47,745 nucleotides of DNA from an uncultured Eubacteriales bacterium (GTDB lineage: Bacteria; Bacillota; Clostridia; Oscillospirales; Oscillospiraceae), in NCBI GenBank assembly GCA_905202605.1, contig CAJKSU010000001.1, positions 1-47,745 of the forward strand. Direction: 5' to 3'. Each line of letters opens with the position of its first letter. Position 1 is the first letter of the stretch. Below, in pieces: positions 34,738 to 44,188 of this stretch. A model generated the notes under the pieces. That model ran no database searches. It saw only the letters and a program-made list of their open reading frames with translations, and was not told where the DNA came from. The translations under genes were made by a program, and so were the position numbers.

Positions 34738-35727
34738 ATGGGCTATGAAAAAGAGGCTCTGGCCAGAGCCAGAGCAAGATATCAGGAGGCAGTGGATCGG
34801 TACCAGCGAGTGCAGCAGGAGCGCCGGGAGCGGGTCTACCGGGAATATCCCAGAGTGCAGGAGCTGGATCAGCAGCTGCGCCGCACCATGGCGGAGTTCA
34901 TGGCGGAGACATTCCGGAATGGACAGAACCCCAAGGAGGCAGTGGAGCTTTTGCGCCGGGAAAATCTCCATTTGCAGCAGGAGCGGCGGGATATTCTGCG
35001 CCGCAGCGGCTATGGGGAGAATTATCTCACGGATGGCCCCATGTGCCGGATTTGCAGCGATACCGGCTATGTGGGGGAAAAAATGTGCAGCTGTCTGGAG
35101 AAGTTTTGTCAGGAGGAGCAGCGGAAGACCCTGACCAGCCTGCTCTCCGGCAATCTTAGCAGCTTTGACGATTTTTCTCTGGATTATTATAATACCATTC
35201 CTGATCCGGCGCTGGGCATCAGCCCCAGAGAACAGATGGAGATGGTTTATGAGACGTGCGTGGACTATGCCCGAAAGTTTTCCCTGCACTCCAGAAGCCT
35301 TTTGATGAACGGCGGAACCGGGCTGGGGAAAACATTCCTCTCGGCGTGCATTGCACGGCAGGTGGTCTCCATGGGCTTTTCCGTGGTCTATGATACGGCA
35401 ATCCATGTGTTCTCGTGCCTTGAAAAGCAGAAGTTCGGCAATGCCGATCAGGAGGAAAAGCGCATGACCCAGCGGATTATGGAGTGCGACCTGCTGATTT
35501 TGGATGATCTGGGAACGGAAATGGCCACCAGCTTTATTTCTCCGGCACTCTATGGAATCGTCAACGGCCGGATTCTGTCGGGGAAGCCTACGATCATTTC
35601 CACTAATTTGACGCTGGGCGAGTTGTCTCGGCGATACACGCCGCAGATTGCCTCTCGTCTGATGGGGGAATATATCTCGCTGGTGTTTATCGGGCAGGAT
35701 ATCCGGCTGCAAAAAACACAGAGATAA
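34738..35727 (+). CDS. DnaC/DnaI-like AAA+ helicase loader
   Basis: Walker A GGTGLGKT, Walker B LLILDDLG, and an N-terminal Cys cluster CRICSDTGYVGEKMCSC. Confidence 0.8.
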   Translation: MGYEKEALARARARYQEAVDRYQRVQQERRERVYREYPRVQELDQQLRRTMAEFMAETFRNGQNPKEAVELLRRENLHLQQERRDILRRSGYGENYLTDGPMCRICSDTGYVGEKMCSCLEKFCQEEQRKTLTSLLSGNLSSFDDFSLDYYNTIPDPALGISPREQMEMVYETCVDYARKFSLHSRSLLMNGGTGLGKTFLSACIARQVVSMGFSVVYDTAIHVFSCLEKQKFGNADQEEKRMTQRIMECDLLILDDLGTEMATSFISPALYGIVNGRILSGKPTIISTNLTLGELSRRYTPQIASRLMGEYISLVFIGQDIRLQKTQR

Positions 35728-35736
35728 GATGGAAAA

Positions 35737-35766
35737 TGGCTGCTGCACCCAGATGTGCAGCAGCCA
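35737..35766. terminator. Bidirectional terminator between the loader gene and the PaaI thioesterase
   Basis: TGGCTGCTGCAC / GTGCAGCAGCCA 12-bp stem with TTTT downstream on + and a T-run on -. Confidence 0.7.
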
Positions 35767-35771
35767 CGGTT

Positions 35772-36227
35772 TTAATGTTCCGGCTTTCGGATGACGGCAT
35801 AGGTGCCAATGGCGGTGCAGGCCACCTTGCCGGAGCTGGGAATCACAGCCTCACAGTAGGCGGTGGCATTCCGACGGCCCAGCGAGGTCAGCCGGGTACG
35901 GATCTGTACCGTACCCTCCATGGGGATGGGGCGCAGGTAATTGACGGTCATGGAGACGGTCGGGGGAATGGTCTCACGTGAGAAGCAGTAGACGGCGATG
36001 CTCATGGCGAGATCCATCATGGTATAGGCCATGCCGCCATGGAGAGTTCCGAGGCCATTGACCTGCCAGCCCTCCAGTGGGAATTCCAGCACCAGCTCCT
36101 GAGTGGTATCGTCACAGGAGACGAACTGCGCTTTGAGCTGACCGTTGAGCGTGTGCGCCATGGTGGTGTTGATAAAGCTCAGCTCCTGCTGGAGCCACTG
36201 CTGAGTGGTAACGGGTGCATCAGTCAT
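35772..36227 (-). CDS. PaaI-family hot-dog thioesterase
   Basis: 151 aa with the LGTLHGGMAYTMMDLAMS motif typical of PaaI/YbgC-like thioesterases. Confidence 0.8.
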   Translation of the reverse strand: MTDAPVTTQQWLQQELSFINTTMAHTLNGQLKAQFVSCDDTTQELVLEFPLEGWQVNGLGTLHGGMAYTMMDLAMSIAVYCFSRETIPPTVSMTVNYLRPIPMEGTVQIRTRLTSLGRRNATAYCEAVIPSSGKVACTAIGTYAVIRKPEH

Positions 36228-36302
36228 TACGATGCCTTCTTTCTATGTAGGATTAGGGAAAACATAGCATATTTTATCGAAGAATGTCAATGGGGGAAGG
36301 GT

Positions 36303-36794
36303 ATGAAACGCGAATTTTATGAATCCCTGCACAAGGCGATCCTGTCGAGACCCGGCGTAAAGCGTGGGGTGGAGATTTCTGTAAAGCTGCTGCCGGGGCT
36401 GGTCTATGTGGCGTATCCGCTGCTGGCAGCTTACCTGCTGGTGTGGAAGCGGACGATGCTGCTTCGGGGGATTTTGGTTCCGGCAATCGGATTCCTCCTT
36501 GTGACGGTGCTGCGGGCTGCAATCAATGCGCCGCGTCCCTATGAGAGCATGGGAATTCCGGCGATTACCCCAAAGGAGACGAAGGGGAAGTCGTTTCCTT
36601 CCCGCCATGCGGCCTGCGGGGCAGTGATCGCGGTGACGGCAGTATTTACCGCACCGCCGCTGGGATGGGTGCTGCTGGCGGTCAGCCTGCTCATTGCAGC
36701 TTCCAGAGTGATGGCAGGGGTGCATTTTATAAAGGATGTGCTGGCGGGCTGGTGCATGGGGGCGCTGGTGGGCGCAGCAGGTTTTTTGCTGTGA
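36303..36794 (+). CDS. PAP2-family phosphatase (paralogue 1)
   Basis: PAP2 motifs APRPY, FPSRHAA and SRVMAGVHFIKDV. Start set at ATG 36303 (GGGGGAAGGG RBS), because the longer ORF-track start overlaps the thioesterase gene. Confidence 0.82.
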   Translation: MKREFYESLHKAILSRPGVKRGVEISVKLLPGLVYVAYPLLAAYLLVWKRTMLLRGILVPAIGFLLVTVLRAAINAPRPYESMGIPAITPKETKGKSFPSRHAACGAVIAVTAVFTAPPLGWVLLAVSLLIAASRVMAGVHFIKDVLAGWCMGALVGAAGFLL

Positions 36795-36827
36795 TGAAGC
36801 CATAACATATAAGAAGGAGAGAATACT

Positions 36828-37370
36828 GTGATAACCAATCTTGACCTTTCTATCCTCGACTGGATTCAGCGAACCCTCCGATGCGGCGTTTTGGATCATA
36901 TTGTACCCGCAATCACGTTTTTAGGGGAGGCCGGATGGATCTGGATCCTGCTGGCGGCGGTGCTGCTGGCACAAAAAAAGACCAGAGCATGGGGCATCGC
37001 GGTATCGGCGGCGCTGCTTGTGGATCTGCTGCTGTGCAATGTGCTGCTCAAGCCGCTGGTGGCGCGGCCACGGCCCTATACCTTCCGTCCGGAGCTGACA
37101 CTGCTGGTGAAGGCCCCGCGGGATTTTTCGTTCCCCTCCGGGCATGCTGCGGCGTCCTTTGCGGCGGCATCTGCACTGCTGTATTCAAAGTGCAGGGGAT
37201 GGATTCCAGCAACGGCGCTGGCGGCGGCCATCGCCCTGAGCCGGCTGTACCTCTACGTCCACTATCCCAGCGATGTAATCTGCGGGGCGGTGCTGGGAAT
37301 ATTATGCGGATGGATTGGAGCATTTCTTGCCAAAAAAGCAGGTGATTTCTCCAAAAAATCCGAAAAATGA
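36828..37370 (+). CDS. PAP2-family phosphatase (paralogue 2, undecaprenyl-diphosphatase/PgpB-like)
   Basis: PAP2 motifs KPLVARPRPY, FPSGHAA and SRLYLYVHYPSDV. GTG start after AAGGAG. Confidence 0.85.
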   Translation: MITNLDLSILDWIQRTLRCGVLDHIVPAITFLGEAGWIWILLAAVLLAQKKTRAWGIAVSAALLVDLLLCNVLLKPLVARPRPYTFRPELTLLVKAPRDFSFPSGHAAASFAAASALLYSKCRGWIPATALAAAIALSRLYLYVHYPSDVICGAVLGILCGWIGAFLAKKAGDFSKKSEK

Positions 37371-37466
37371 AGACGCTGATTCATTTGCAGACGGAACAGG
37401 ATAAAACATACAAAAGAACAGAAAAAATGCATGAAAATTCGGTGCAAAATGGTTCCGGCGTCCCGC

Positions 37467-37496
37467 TTGACGAATGGGGCTGTAGTGTGGTAAAGT
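37467..37496 (+). promoter_or_regulatory. Promoter of the liv-type ABC operon
   Basis: TTGACG (37467-37472), 18-nt spacer ending in TGg, then TAAAGT (37491-37496). Confidence 0.5.
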
Positions 37497-37554
37497 ATTA
37501 ATGCATTGTAAATGACATAGACGTCATTACAACACACGATTGGAGGAACCAATA

Positions 37555-38793
37555 ATGAAAAAATTCAAGAAGGGCGCCGCACTGGTCCTGTCTCTGGCTA
37601 TGGTCATGAGCATGGCAGCGTGCGGCTCTGATAGTTCCAGCACCTCCGCCGTAGCTGAGGCTGCCGGTTCCGAGGCTGCTGCAAGCACCGCCGAGAATGC
37701 CGCTGGCAACACCGGCGCTACAATTAAGCTGGGCGGCATCGGCCCCCTGACCGGCGCTGCTGCCATTTACGGCAACGCCACCAAGAACGGCTCCGAGCTG
37801 GCTGTGGAAGAGATCAACGCTCTGGGCGGCATTCAGTTCGAGATCAAGTGGGAAGACGACGAGCACGATCCTGAGAAGTCCGTCAATGCCTACAACAACC
37901 TCAAGGACTGGGGTATGCAGATGCTGGTTGGTACTACCACCACTGCTCCCTGCGTGGCGGTTTCTGCTGAAACCAATGCGGATCATATGTTCCAGCTGAC
38001 TCCCTCCGCTTCTTCCACCGATGTCATCGGTGCGGATGATGCCCGGAAGGACAACGTGTTCCAGATGTGCTTCACCGACCCCAACCAGGGTACTGCATCT
38101 GCTGAGTACATCTCCGAGAAGAAGCTGGGCACTAAGATCGCTGTAATCTACAACAACTCCGACGCTTACTCCACCGGTATCTACAACAAGTTTGCTGCCG
38201 AGGCTGAGAAGCTGGGTCTGGAGGTTGTATCCGCTACTACCTTCACCGACGACACTGCCAACGACTTCTCCGTCCAGCTGGGCGAGGCAAAGAGCGCTGG
38301 CGCTGACCTCATCTTCCTGCCCATCTACTACACCCCTGCTTCTCTGATCCTGAAGCAGGCGGCGGATATGGGCTATGATCCCGAGTTCTTCGGCGTAGAC
38401 GGCATGGATGGAATTCTGGATCTGGAGGGCTTTGATACCTCCCTGGCTGAGGGCTTGATGCTGCTGACTCCCTTCTCTGCCGACGCTTCCGATGAGAAGA
38501 CGCAGAACTTCGTTTCCAAGTACAAGGAGAAGTACGGCGACACTCCCAACCAGTTTGCGGCTGACGCTTATGACTGCGTCTATGCAATCTATGAGGCTTG
38601 CCAGAAAAACGGCGTTACTGCTGATATGAGCGTTTCCGACATCTGCGACAAGATGATCGAGACCTTCACCTCCGGCGATTTCACCTTTGACGGTCTGACC
38701 GGCGGCGGAATGACTTGGGCTGCTACCGGTGAGGTTTCCAAGGAGCCTAAGGGCATGGAGATCAAGGACGGCGCATACGTCGGCATGGACTAA
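37555..38793 (+). CDS. livJ: Branched-chain amino acid ABC transporter substrate-binding lipoprotein
   Basis: Lipobox MAACG. Periplasmic-binding-protein type I (Peripla_BP_6-like) sequence. First gene of the livHMGF-type operon. Confidence 0.88.
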   Translation: MKKFKKGAALVLSLAMVMSMAACGSDSSSTSAVAEAAGSEAAASTAENAAGNTGATIKLGGIGPLTGAAAIYGNATKNGSELAVEEINALGGIQFEIKWEDDEHDPEKSVNAYNNLKDWGMQMLVGTTTTAPCVAVSAETNADHMFQLTPSASSTDVIGADDARKDNVFQMCFTDPNQGTASAEYISEKKLGTKIAVIYNNSDAYSTGIYNKFAAEAEKLGLEVVSATTFTDDTANDFSVQLGEAKSAGADLIFLPIYYTPASLILKQAADMGYDPEFFGVDGMDGILDLEGFDTSLAEGLMLLTPFSADASDEKTQNFVSKYKEKYGDTPNQFAADAYDCVYAIYEACQKNGVTADMSVSDICDKMIETFTSGDFTFDGLTGGGMTWAATGEVSKEPKGMEIKDGAYVGMD

Positions 38794-38887
38794 TTGCCCC
38801 TATATCGTAAACATCTACGGGGGTTGCCACCTGGCAACCCCCGTTTGCCGATTTCAAGAAAACTAAGTTGAAAGGGAGGTGTGTGGT

Positions 38888-39769
38888 ATGAACCTGCTTT
38901 CCAATTTGATCAACGGCATCAGCCTGGGAAGTGTTTATGCCATCATCGCACTGGGCTACACCATGGTTTATGGTATCGCTAAGATGCTGAACTTCGCCCA
39001 CGGTGACGTTATCATGGTTGGTGCCTATGTTTGTTTCTGCACCATGAGCTATTTGAATCTGCCCCCGGTGGTTGGCGTCATTTTGGCAATTGTGGTTTGT
39101 ACCCTGCTGGGCATTGTGATTGAGCGACTTGCCTATAAGCCCCTTCGCTCTGCTCCATCTCTGGCTGTGCTGATTACTGCCATTGGCGTCAGCTATTTCC
39201 TCCAGAATGCAGCCCTGCTGATTTGGAAGTCTGATCCTAAGGTATTTACCTCCGTAATCAACCTTCCGTCTCTGGAGTTGGGCGGCGGCAAGCTGACTAT
39301 TAGCCCTGTTGCCATTGTTACGGTACTGGCCTGTGTGATTATTATGGTTGCGCTGACCCTGTTTACCGGCAAGACAAAGATGGGCAAGGCCATGCGCGCC
39401 GTATCCGAGGATAAAGGCGCCGCACAGCTGATGGGCATCAATGTCAATAGCACGATCTCCCTGACCTTTGCCATTGGTTCCGGCTTGGCGGCAATTGCTG
39501 GTGTGCTGCTCTGTTCTGCGTATCCCACACTGATGCCGACTACCGGCTCCATGCCCGGCATCAAGGCGTTTACCGCTGCTGTTCTGGGTGGCATAGGCTC
39601 CATTCCCGGCGCTATGCTGGGCGGCATTCTGCTGGGTGTTATTGAGATTTTCAGCAAAGCATATATTTCCACTCAGCTCAGTGACGCAATTGTGTTTGCG
39701 GTTCTGATCGTTGTCCTGCTGATTAAGCCTGCGGGTCTGCTGGGCAAAAAGGTCAGAGAGAAAGTGTGA
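38888..39769 (+). CDS. livH: Branched-chain amino acid ABC transporter permease
   Basis: LINGISLGSVYAIIALGYTMVYG N-terminus typical of LivH. About 8 TM. Confidence 0.9.
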   Translation: MNLLSNLINGISLGSVYAIIALGYTMVYGIAKMLNFAHGDVIMVGAYVCFCTMSYLNLPPVVGVILAIVVCTLLGIVIERLAYKPLRSAPSLAVLITAIGVSYFLQNAALLIWKSDPKVFTSVINLPSLELGGGKLTISPVAIVTVLACVIIMVALTLFTGKTKMGKAMRAVSEDKGAAQLMGINVNSTISLTFAIGSGLAAIAGVLLCSAYPTLMPTTGSMPGIKAFTAAVLGGIGSIPGAMLGGILLGVIEIFSKAYISTQLSDAIVFAVLIVVLLIKPAGLLGKKVREKV

Positions 39770-39779
39770 GGTGGCTGAT

Positions 39780-40859
39780 ATGAAAAAACTCAGTAAGAAC
39801 ACCCGCAGCAATATTATCACCTACGGCATTGTCATTGCCGCGTTTGTGGTGATGCAGATCCTTGTTTCGGGCGGAAAGGTGTCCAATTCCCTGTCCGGTC
39901 AGTTGATTCCTATTTGCGTTTACATTTGTATGGCGGTCAGCCTGAACCTGACGGTTGGAATTCTGGGCGAGCTGAGCCTTGGTCATGCGGGCTTTATGAG
40001 CGTGGGTGCATTTTCCGGCGTCATTCTCGCTATGAGCATTCAGGACGCCGTCCCCAGCGGACCGGTTCGTCTGCTCCTCGCGATTATCGTGGGCGGCATT
40101 ATGGCGGCGATTGCCGGCATCATTGTCGGTGTGCCGGTACTTCGTCTGCAGGGTGACTATCTGGCGATTGTAACGCTGGCCTTTGGCGAGATCATCAAGA
40201 ACATTCTCAACAACCTCTACGTAGGTGTAGACGGCGCCGGCCTTCATTTCAGCATGAAGAGCACGGACGCACTGGGAATGGTGGATGGCAAGGTGCTGAT
40301 TAACGGCCCCATGGGTGCAACTGGCGTGACGAAGCTATCGACCTTTGTGGCTGGCTTTATTCTGGTACTGGTGGTGTTGACGGTGACCCTGAACCTGATT
40401 CGCAGCCGTTCCGGACGCGCAATCATGGCAATCCGTGACAATCGAATCGCCGCAGAGTCCGTTGGCATCAATATCACCAAATATAAACTCATGGCTTTTG
40501 TTACCTCCGCTGCGCTGGCGGGCATGGCGGGCGCACTGTATGCCATGAACTATTCTACCATCGTTCCTAAAAAGTTTGACTTCAACACATCAATCCTGAT
40601 TCTGGTATTCGTGGTTCTGGGCGGCATGGGCAATATCCGCGGCAGCATCATTGCCGCAACGGTGCTGACCATTCTGCCGGAGGCACTGCGTGCCATGAAT
40701 GATTACCGGATGCTGATCTATGCGATCGTCCTGATTCTGGTCATGCTGGTCACGAATAACCCAACCCTGAAGAGCGGATGGGAGAGAGTAAAGAACGCGC
40801 TGAAGTTCTGGAAGAAAGCAGACAAAGCAACTGCGGAAGGAGGCGGCGCAAATGAGTAA
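39780..40859 (+). CDS. livM: Branched-chain amino acid ABC transporter permease
   Basis: LNLTVGILGELSLGHAGFMSVGAF motif typical of LivM. Confidence 0.9.
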   Translation: MKKLSKNTRSNIITYGIVIAAFVVMQILVSGGKVSNSLSGQLIPICVYICMAVSLNLTVGILGELSLGHAGFMSVGAFSGVILAMSIQDAVPSGPVRLLLAIIVGGIMAAIAGIIVGVPVLRLQGDYLAIVTLAFGEIIKNILNNLYVGVDGAGLHFSMKSTDALGMVDGKVLINGPMGATGVTKLSTFVAGFILVLVVLTVTLNLIRSRSGRAIMAIRDNRIAAESVGINITKYKLMAFVTSAALAGMAGALYAMNYSTIVPKKFDFNTSILILVFVVLGGMGNIRGSIIAATVLTILPEALRAMNDYRMLIYAIVLILVMLVTNNPTLKSGWERVKNALKFWKKADKATAEGGGANE

Positions 40860-41682
40860 GATGGTTCCCGTACCCAGCGACAGTATTATTCCGGAACGTG
40901 ATCTGGGTAAGGCACCGGTTCTGGAGGCAAAGCATCTGGGGATCGACTTCGGCGGCCTGACTGCCGTAGACGACTTTAATCTGACGGTGGGGCGCACCGA
41001 GATCGCCGGACTGATCGGCCCCAATGGCGCAGGCAAAACCACTGTGTTCAACCTGCTCACCAAGGTTTATCAGCCCACCCGGGGTACCATTCTGCTGGAT
41101 GGCAAGGAAACCCATGGCATGAACACTGTGCAGGTCAACAGAGCTGGTATTGCCCGTACCTTCCAGAATATCCGCCTGTTCACCGATCTGACCGTTGAGG
41201 AAAACGTCAAGGTCGGCTTGCATAACAACATGAAGGGCGGCATGATTTCCGATATCCTGCGGCTGCCCCGGTACTGGAAGAGCGAAAAGCAGGCGCATGA
41301 GCGTTCCATGGAGCTGCTCAGCATCTTCGATATGGAGAACTTGAAGGATCATAAGGCCGGTTCGCTCCCCTACGGCGCGCAGCGTCGGCTGGAAATCGTC
41401 CGTGCGCTGGCAACCAATCCGTGCCTGTTGCTGCTGGACGAGCCCGCCGCCGGTATGAACCCTTCGGAGACGGCGGAGCTGATGGAGAATATCCGGAAGA
41501 TCCGGGATACGTTCCATATTGCGATTATGCTCATTGAGCACGACATGAATCTTGTCATGGGCATCTGCGAGGGCATTGCGGTGCTGAACTACGGCAAGAT
41601 CATTGCCAAGGGTACGCCTCAGGAAATTCAGGCCAATCCTCAGGTTATCGAGGCATATCTGGGCAAGAAGAAGGAGGGCTAA
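40852..41682 (+). CDS. livG: Branched-chain amino acid ABC transporter ATP-binding protein
   Basis: Walker A GPNGAGKTT, signature LPYGAQRRLE, Walker B LLLLDEP, and a C-terminal LivG-type extension. 8-nt overlap with livM. Confidence 0.92.
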   Translation: MSKMVPVPSDSIIPERDLGKAPVLEAKHLGIDFGGLTAVDDFNLTVGRTEIAGLIGPNGAGKTTVFNLLTKVYQPTRGTILLDGKETHGMNTVQVNRAGIARTFQNIRLFTDLTVEENVKVGLHNNMKGGMISDILRLPRYWKSEKQAHERSMELLSIFDMENLKDHKAGSLPYGAQRRLEIVRALATNPCLLLLDEPAAGMNPSETAELMENIRKIRDTFHIAIMLIEHDMNLVMGICEGIAVLNYGKIIAKGTPQEIQANPQVIEAYLGKKKEG

Positions 41683-41685
41683 GCC

Positions 41686-42393
41686 ATGAGTCTGCTGAAG
41701 GTGGAGGATCTCCACGTATATTATGGCAGTATCCATGCCATTAAGGGCATCTCCTTTGAGGTAGAAGAAGGAGAGATCGTGACCCTGATCGGCGCCAACG
41801 GCGCAGGTAAATCTACCACTCTGAATACGGTGTCCGGCCTGCTCAAGCCCAGAAGCGGCAGCATCGAGTTTGAGGGAAAGAACATCATCAACGTTCCCGC
41901 GCACAAGGTTGTTTCCCACGGAATGGCTCTTTGCCCGGAGGGACGCCGGGTGTTCCTCCAGATGACCGTACAGGAGAATCTGGAGATGGGCGGCTTTACG
42001 CGGGACGCCAGCGAGATTGCCGGTTCCATTGAGGATGTCTACCAGCGGTTCCCGCGGCTGAAGGAGCGCTATAAGCAGACCGCAGGTACCCTGTCCGGCG
42101 GCGAGCAGCAGATGCTTGCCATGGGACGCGCCATGATGAGCAAGCCCAAGCTGCTGATGCTGGACGAGCCTTCCATGGGTCTGGCTCCCATTCTGGTGGA
42201 GCAGATCTTTGATATCATCAAGGAGCTGCATCAGGCAGGGACTACCATTCTGCTGGTAGAGCAGAACGCACAGGTAGCGCTGTCCATTGCGGACCGTGCC
42301 TACGTGCTGGAAACCGGTATGATTTCCATGAGCGGCGACGCCAAGGAGCTGCTCAGCGATCCCAGAGTGCAGAAGGCCTATCTGGGCGGTTAA
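41686..42393 (+). CDS. livF: Branched-chain amino acid ABC transporter ATP-binding protein
   Basis: Walker A GANGAGKST, signature LSGGEQQ, Walker B LLMLDEP. Confidence 0.92.
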   Translation: MSLLKVEDLHVYYGSIHAIKGISFEVEEGEIVTLIGANGAGKSTTLNTVSGLLKPRSGSIEFEGKNIINVPAHKVVSHGMALCPEGRRVFLQMTVQENLEMGGFTRDASEIAGSIEDVYQRFPRLKERYKQTAGTLSGGEQQMLAMGRAMMSKPKLLMLDEPSMGLAPILVEQIFDIIKELHQAGTTILLVEQNAQVALSIADRAYVLETGMISMSGDAKELLSDPRVQKAYLGG

Positions 42394-42404
42394 ACGAAAT
42401 GCAG

Positions 42405-42439
42405 AAAGGGCGGAAACGTGTCTTGCGTTTTCGCCCTTT
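42405..42439 (+). terminator. Terminator of the liv operon
   Basis: AAAGGGCGGAAACG / CGTTTTCGCCCTTT stem with the T-run at the 3' end. Confidence 0.75.
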
Positions 42440-42463
42440 TCCTGACAACAAGGAGAGATTTGT

Positions 42464-43276
42464 ATGGGAATATTCGATGGCGTTCTGCTGGTGTCGGACT
42501 TTGACGATACGCTGGTGGATCGGAAGAAGCGCCTCCCGGAGCGGACGAAGGCGGCGCTGAGCCGGTTTGTTACGCAGGGCGGAAAATTTACGCTGGCCTC
42601 CGGACGGGGGCTGGAATCCGTGCGACAGCAGGCGCCGGGACTGCCCATCGGCGCGCCGGTGATCGTGGCAAACGGCACGCAGATCTATGACCTTTCTGCG
42701 GAAAAGCTACTGTTTGAAGCGGAATTCCCGGAGACGGCACAGGCGGATTTTGCTGCAACACTGGCGGCATTTCCAACCTCGGCAGTGGAAATCTTCGGAG
42801 CTGGGCAGCTCTATGCGGTGCGGCCCAATGAGGTGACGAAGGTCCATTTGGAGATCACCGGACAGCACGCCCATACGGCGGCGCTGGAGGACATTCCAAT
42901 GCCGTGGGTCTATGCCAAGTTTGAGGATGAACACGAGCGGCTGGCGGAGATGCAGCGGTGGATGAAGGAACGCTTTGGGGATCGGTATGGAATCTTCTTC
43001 TCCCATCCCATGCTGCTGGAGATTACCCCCGGCGGCTGCAATAAGGGGACGGGTGTATGCAAGCTGGCGGAGCTGCTGGGTATTCGCCGGGAACATATCT
43101 ATTGCGCCGGAGACAATGAAAACGACCTTGCCATGCTGGAAGCGGCAGCGGTTGGATTTACGCCTGCCGGGAGCACTCAGGCGGCGCTGGATGCGGCGGA
43201 TGTGGTTGTATGCGACTGTGATCAGGGAGCCATAGCTGACGTGGTGGAGTATTTGGAGCGGAAATATGGAGTGTGA
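42464..43276 (+). CDS. Cof-type HAD-IIB family hydrolase
   Basis: DxDxT motif (VSDFDDTLVD) and GDNENDL motif. Confidence 0.85.
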   Translation: MGIFDGVLLVSDFDDTLVDRKKRLPERTKAALSRFVTQGGKFTLASGRGLESVRQQAPGLPIGAPVIVANGTQIYDLSAEKLLFEAEFPETAQADFAATLAAFPTSAVEIFGAGQLYAVRPNEVTKVHLEITGQHAHTAALEDIPMPWVYAKFEDEHERLAEMQRWMKERFGDRYGIFFSHPMLLEITPGGCNKGTGVCKLAELLGIRREHIYCAGDNENDLAMLEAAAVGFTPAGSTQAALDAADVVVCDCDQGAIADVVEYLERKYGV

Positions 43277-43312
43277 AAATCCGAGCACCGGTGCGTTCCG
43301 GTGCTCGGATTT
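43277..43312. terminator. Bidirectional terminator between the HAD gene and aroE
   Basis: AAATCCGAGCACCGG / CCGGTGCTCGGATTT 15-bp perfect stem followed by TTTCTTGTTTT. Confidence 0.85.
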
Positions 43313-43318
43313 CTTGTT

Positions 43319-44188
43319 TTATCCATTCCCACGTGGGTCCACGCCGCAGGCGCTTTGCAGCAGCGCACCAAGGTGCAGAACAGTTTCCTGAGAAAGCCTG
43401 CGATCCAGAAAGAATTCCAGTGCGAAAATTGCCTGATAGATCAGCATGCCGATGCCGTTTCCGGCTTCGTGACCGGTTCTGCGGGCCTCCTCCATAAAGG
43501 ACGTCATGGCGGGAGCATAGATGCAGTCCATGCACAGTGCGCCGGGCTTGAGGGCGTCCAGACACGGGACGCTGCTTCCGCCCACGCCGGACATACCCAC
43601 AGGAAGGGTGCTGATCAGGAGGTCGGTCTGGGGAAGCACCGAATCCAGCTGCTCCAAAGACAGCGCTTCCATGATCGGCTCATTTCCGCAGAGCTGCTGC
43701 GCTCGTGACAGGGTACGGTTTGCGATATAGACCTTGGCGGCTCCGCTGTCTGCGGCGGTCATGGCGATGGATTTCGCTGCGCCGCCTGCCCCAAGAATGG
43801 TCACGGTCTGACCGGGAAAGTCGCGGGAAAAGGCCGCAAGGGACTGACGGAAGCCCAGCCCGTCGGTGGAATGCCCCTCCAGCCTGCCGTCCCGAATGCG
43901 CACGGAATTGACGGAGTGACAGCGCTCCGCCTCCGGGGTCATGCGGGAGAGATAGGGGAGGATATCCTCCTTGTGGGGCATGGTCAGGTTAAAGCCCTGA
44001 ATGCCGATGGTTTTTGCGGCGGAAACAAAGTTGCCTACCGTGCCGCCGGGAACCGGTACCGCCAGATACAGCGCGTCCTCATGAAGCTCCCGGAGCATGG
44101 TGTTGTGGAGCAGGGGGGAAAGACTGTGACCGATGGGATCGCCGATGACGCAGAGCAGCTTTGTGCCGTTGTGATACTCAATCTGCAT
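43319..44188 (-). CDS. aroE: Shikimate dehydrogenase
   Basis: IGDPIGHSLSPLLHN and GAGGAAKS (NADP) motifs. Confidence 0.92.
   Translation of the reverse strand: MQIEYHNGTKLLCVIGDPIGHSLSPLLHNTMLRELHEDALYLAVPVPGGTVGNFVSAAKTIGIQGFNLTMPHKEDILPYLSRMTPEAERCHSVNSVRIRDGRLEGHSTDGLGFRQSLAAFSRDFPGQTVTILGAGGAAKSIAMTAADSGAAKVYIANRTLSRAQQLCGNEPIMEALSLEQLDSVLPQTDLLISTLPVGMSGVGGSSVPCLDALKPGALCMDCIYAPAMTSFMEEARRTGHEAGNGIGMLIYQAIFALEFFLDRRLSQETVLHLGALLQSACGVDPRGNG

Noticed and set aside
33807-35727. Prophage remnant interpretation of the DnaD/DnaC-like pair
   Set aside because: No integrase, repressor, capsid, terminase or att-like repeats nearby. The genes are tightly appended to the mre-PBP2 cluster. Retained only as a low-interest finding.
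34693-35748. 351-aa minus-strand ORF opposite the DnaC-like gene
   Set aside because: Antisense shadow. The plus-strand frame carries Walker A and B motifs.
37497-37554. Possible T-box or riboswitch in the liv operon leader (and likewise in the glyA leader, 9958-10045)
   Set aside because: Only short hairpins are present (37507-37531; 9983-10010). The leaders are far too short for a T-box, and I recognised no conserved riboswitch core.
40750-42678. 642-aa minus-strand ORF across livG/livF
   Set aside because: Antisense to two ABC ATPase genes with unmistakable Walker and signature motifs. The translation has no recognisable domain.
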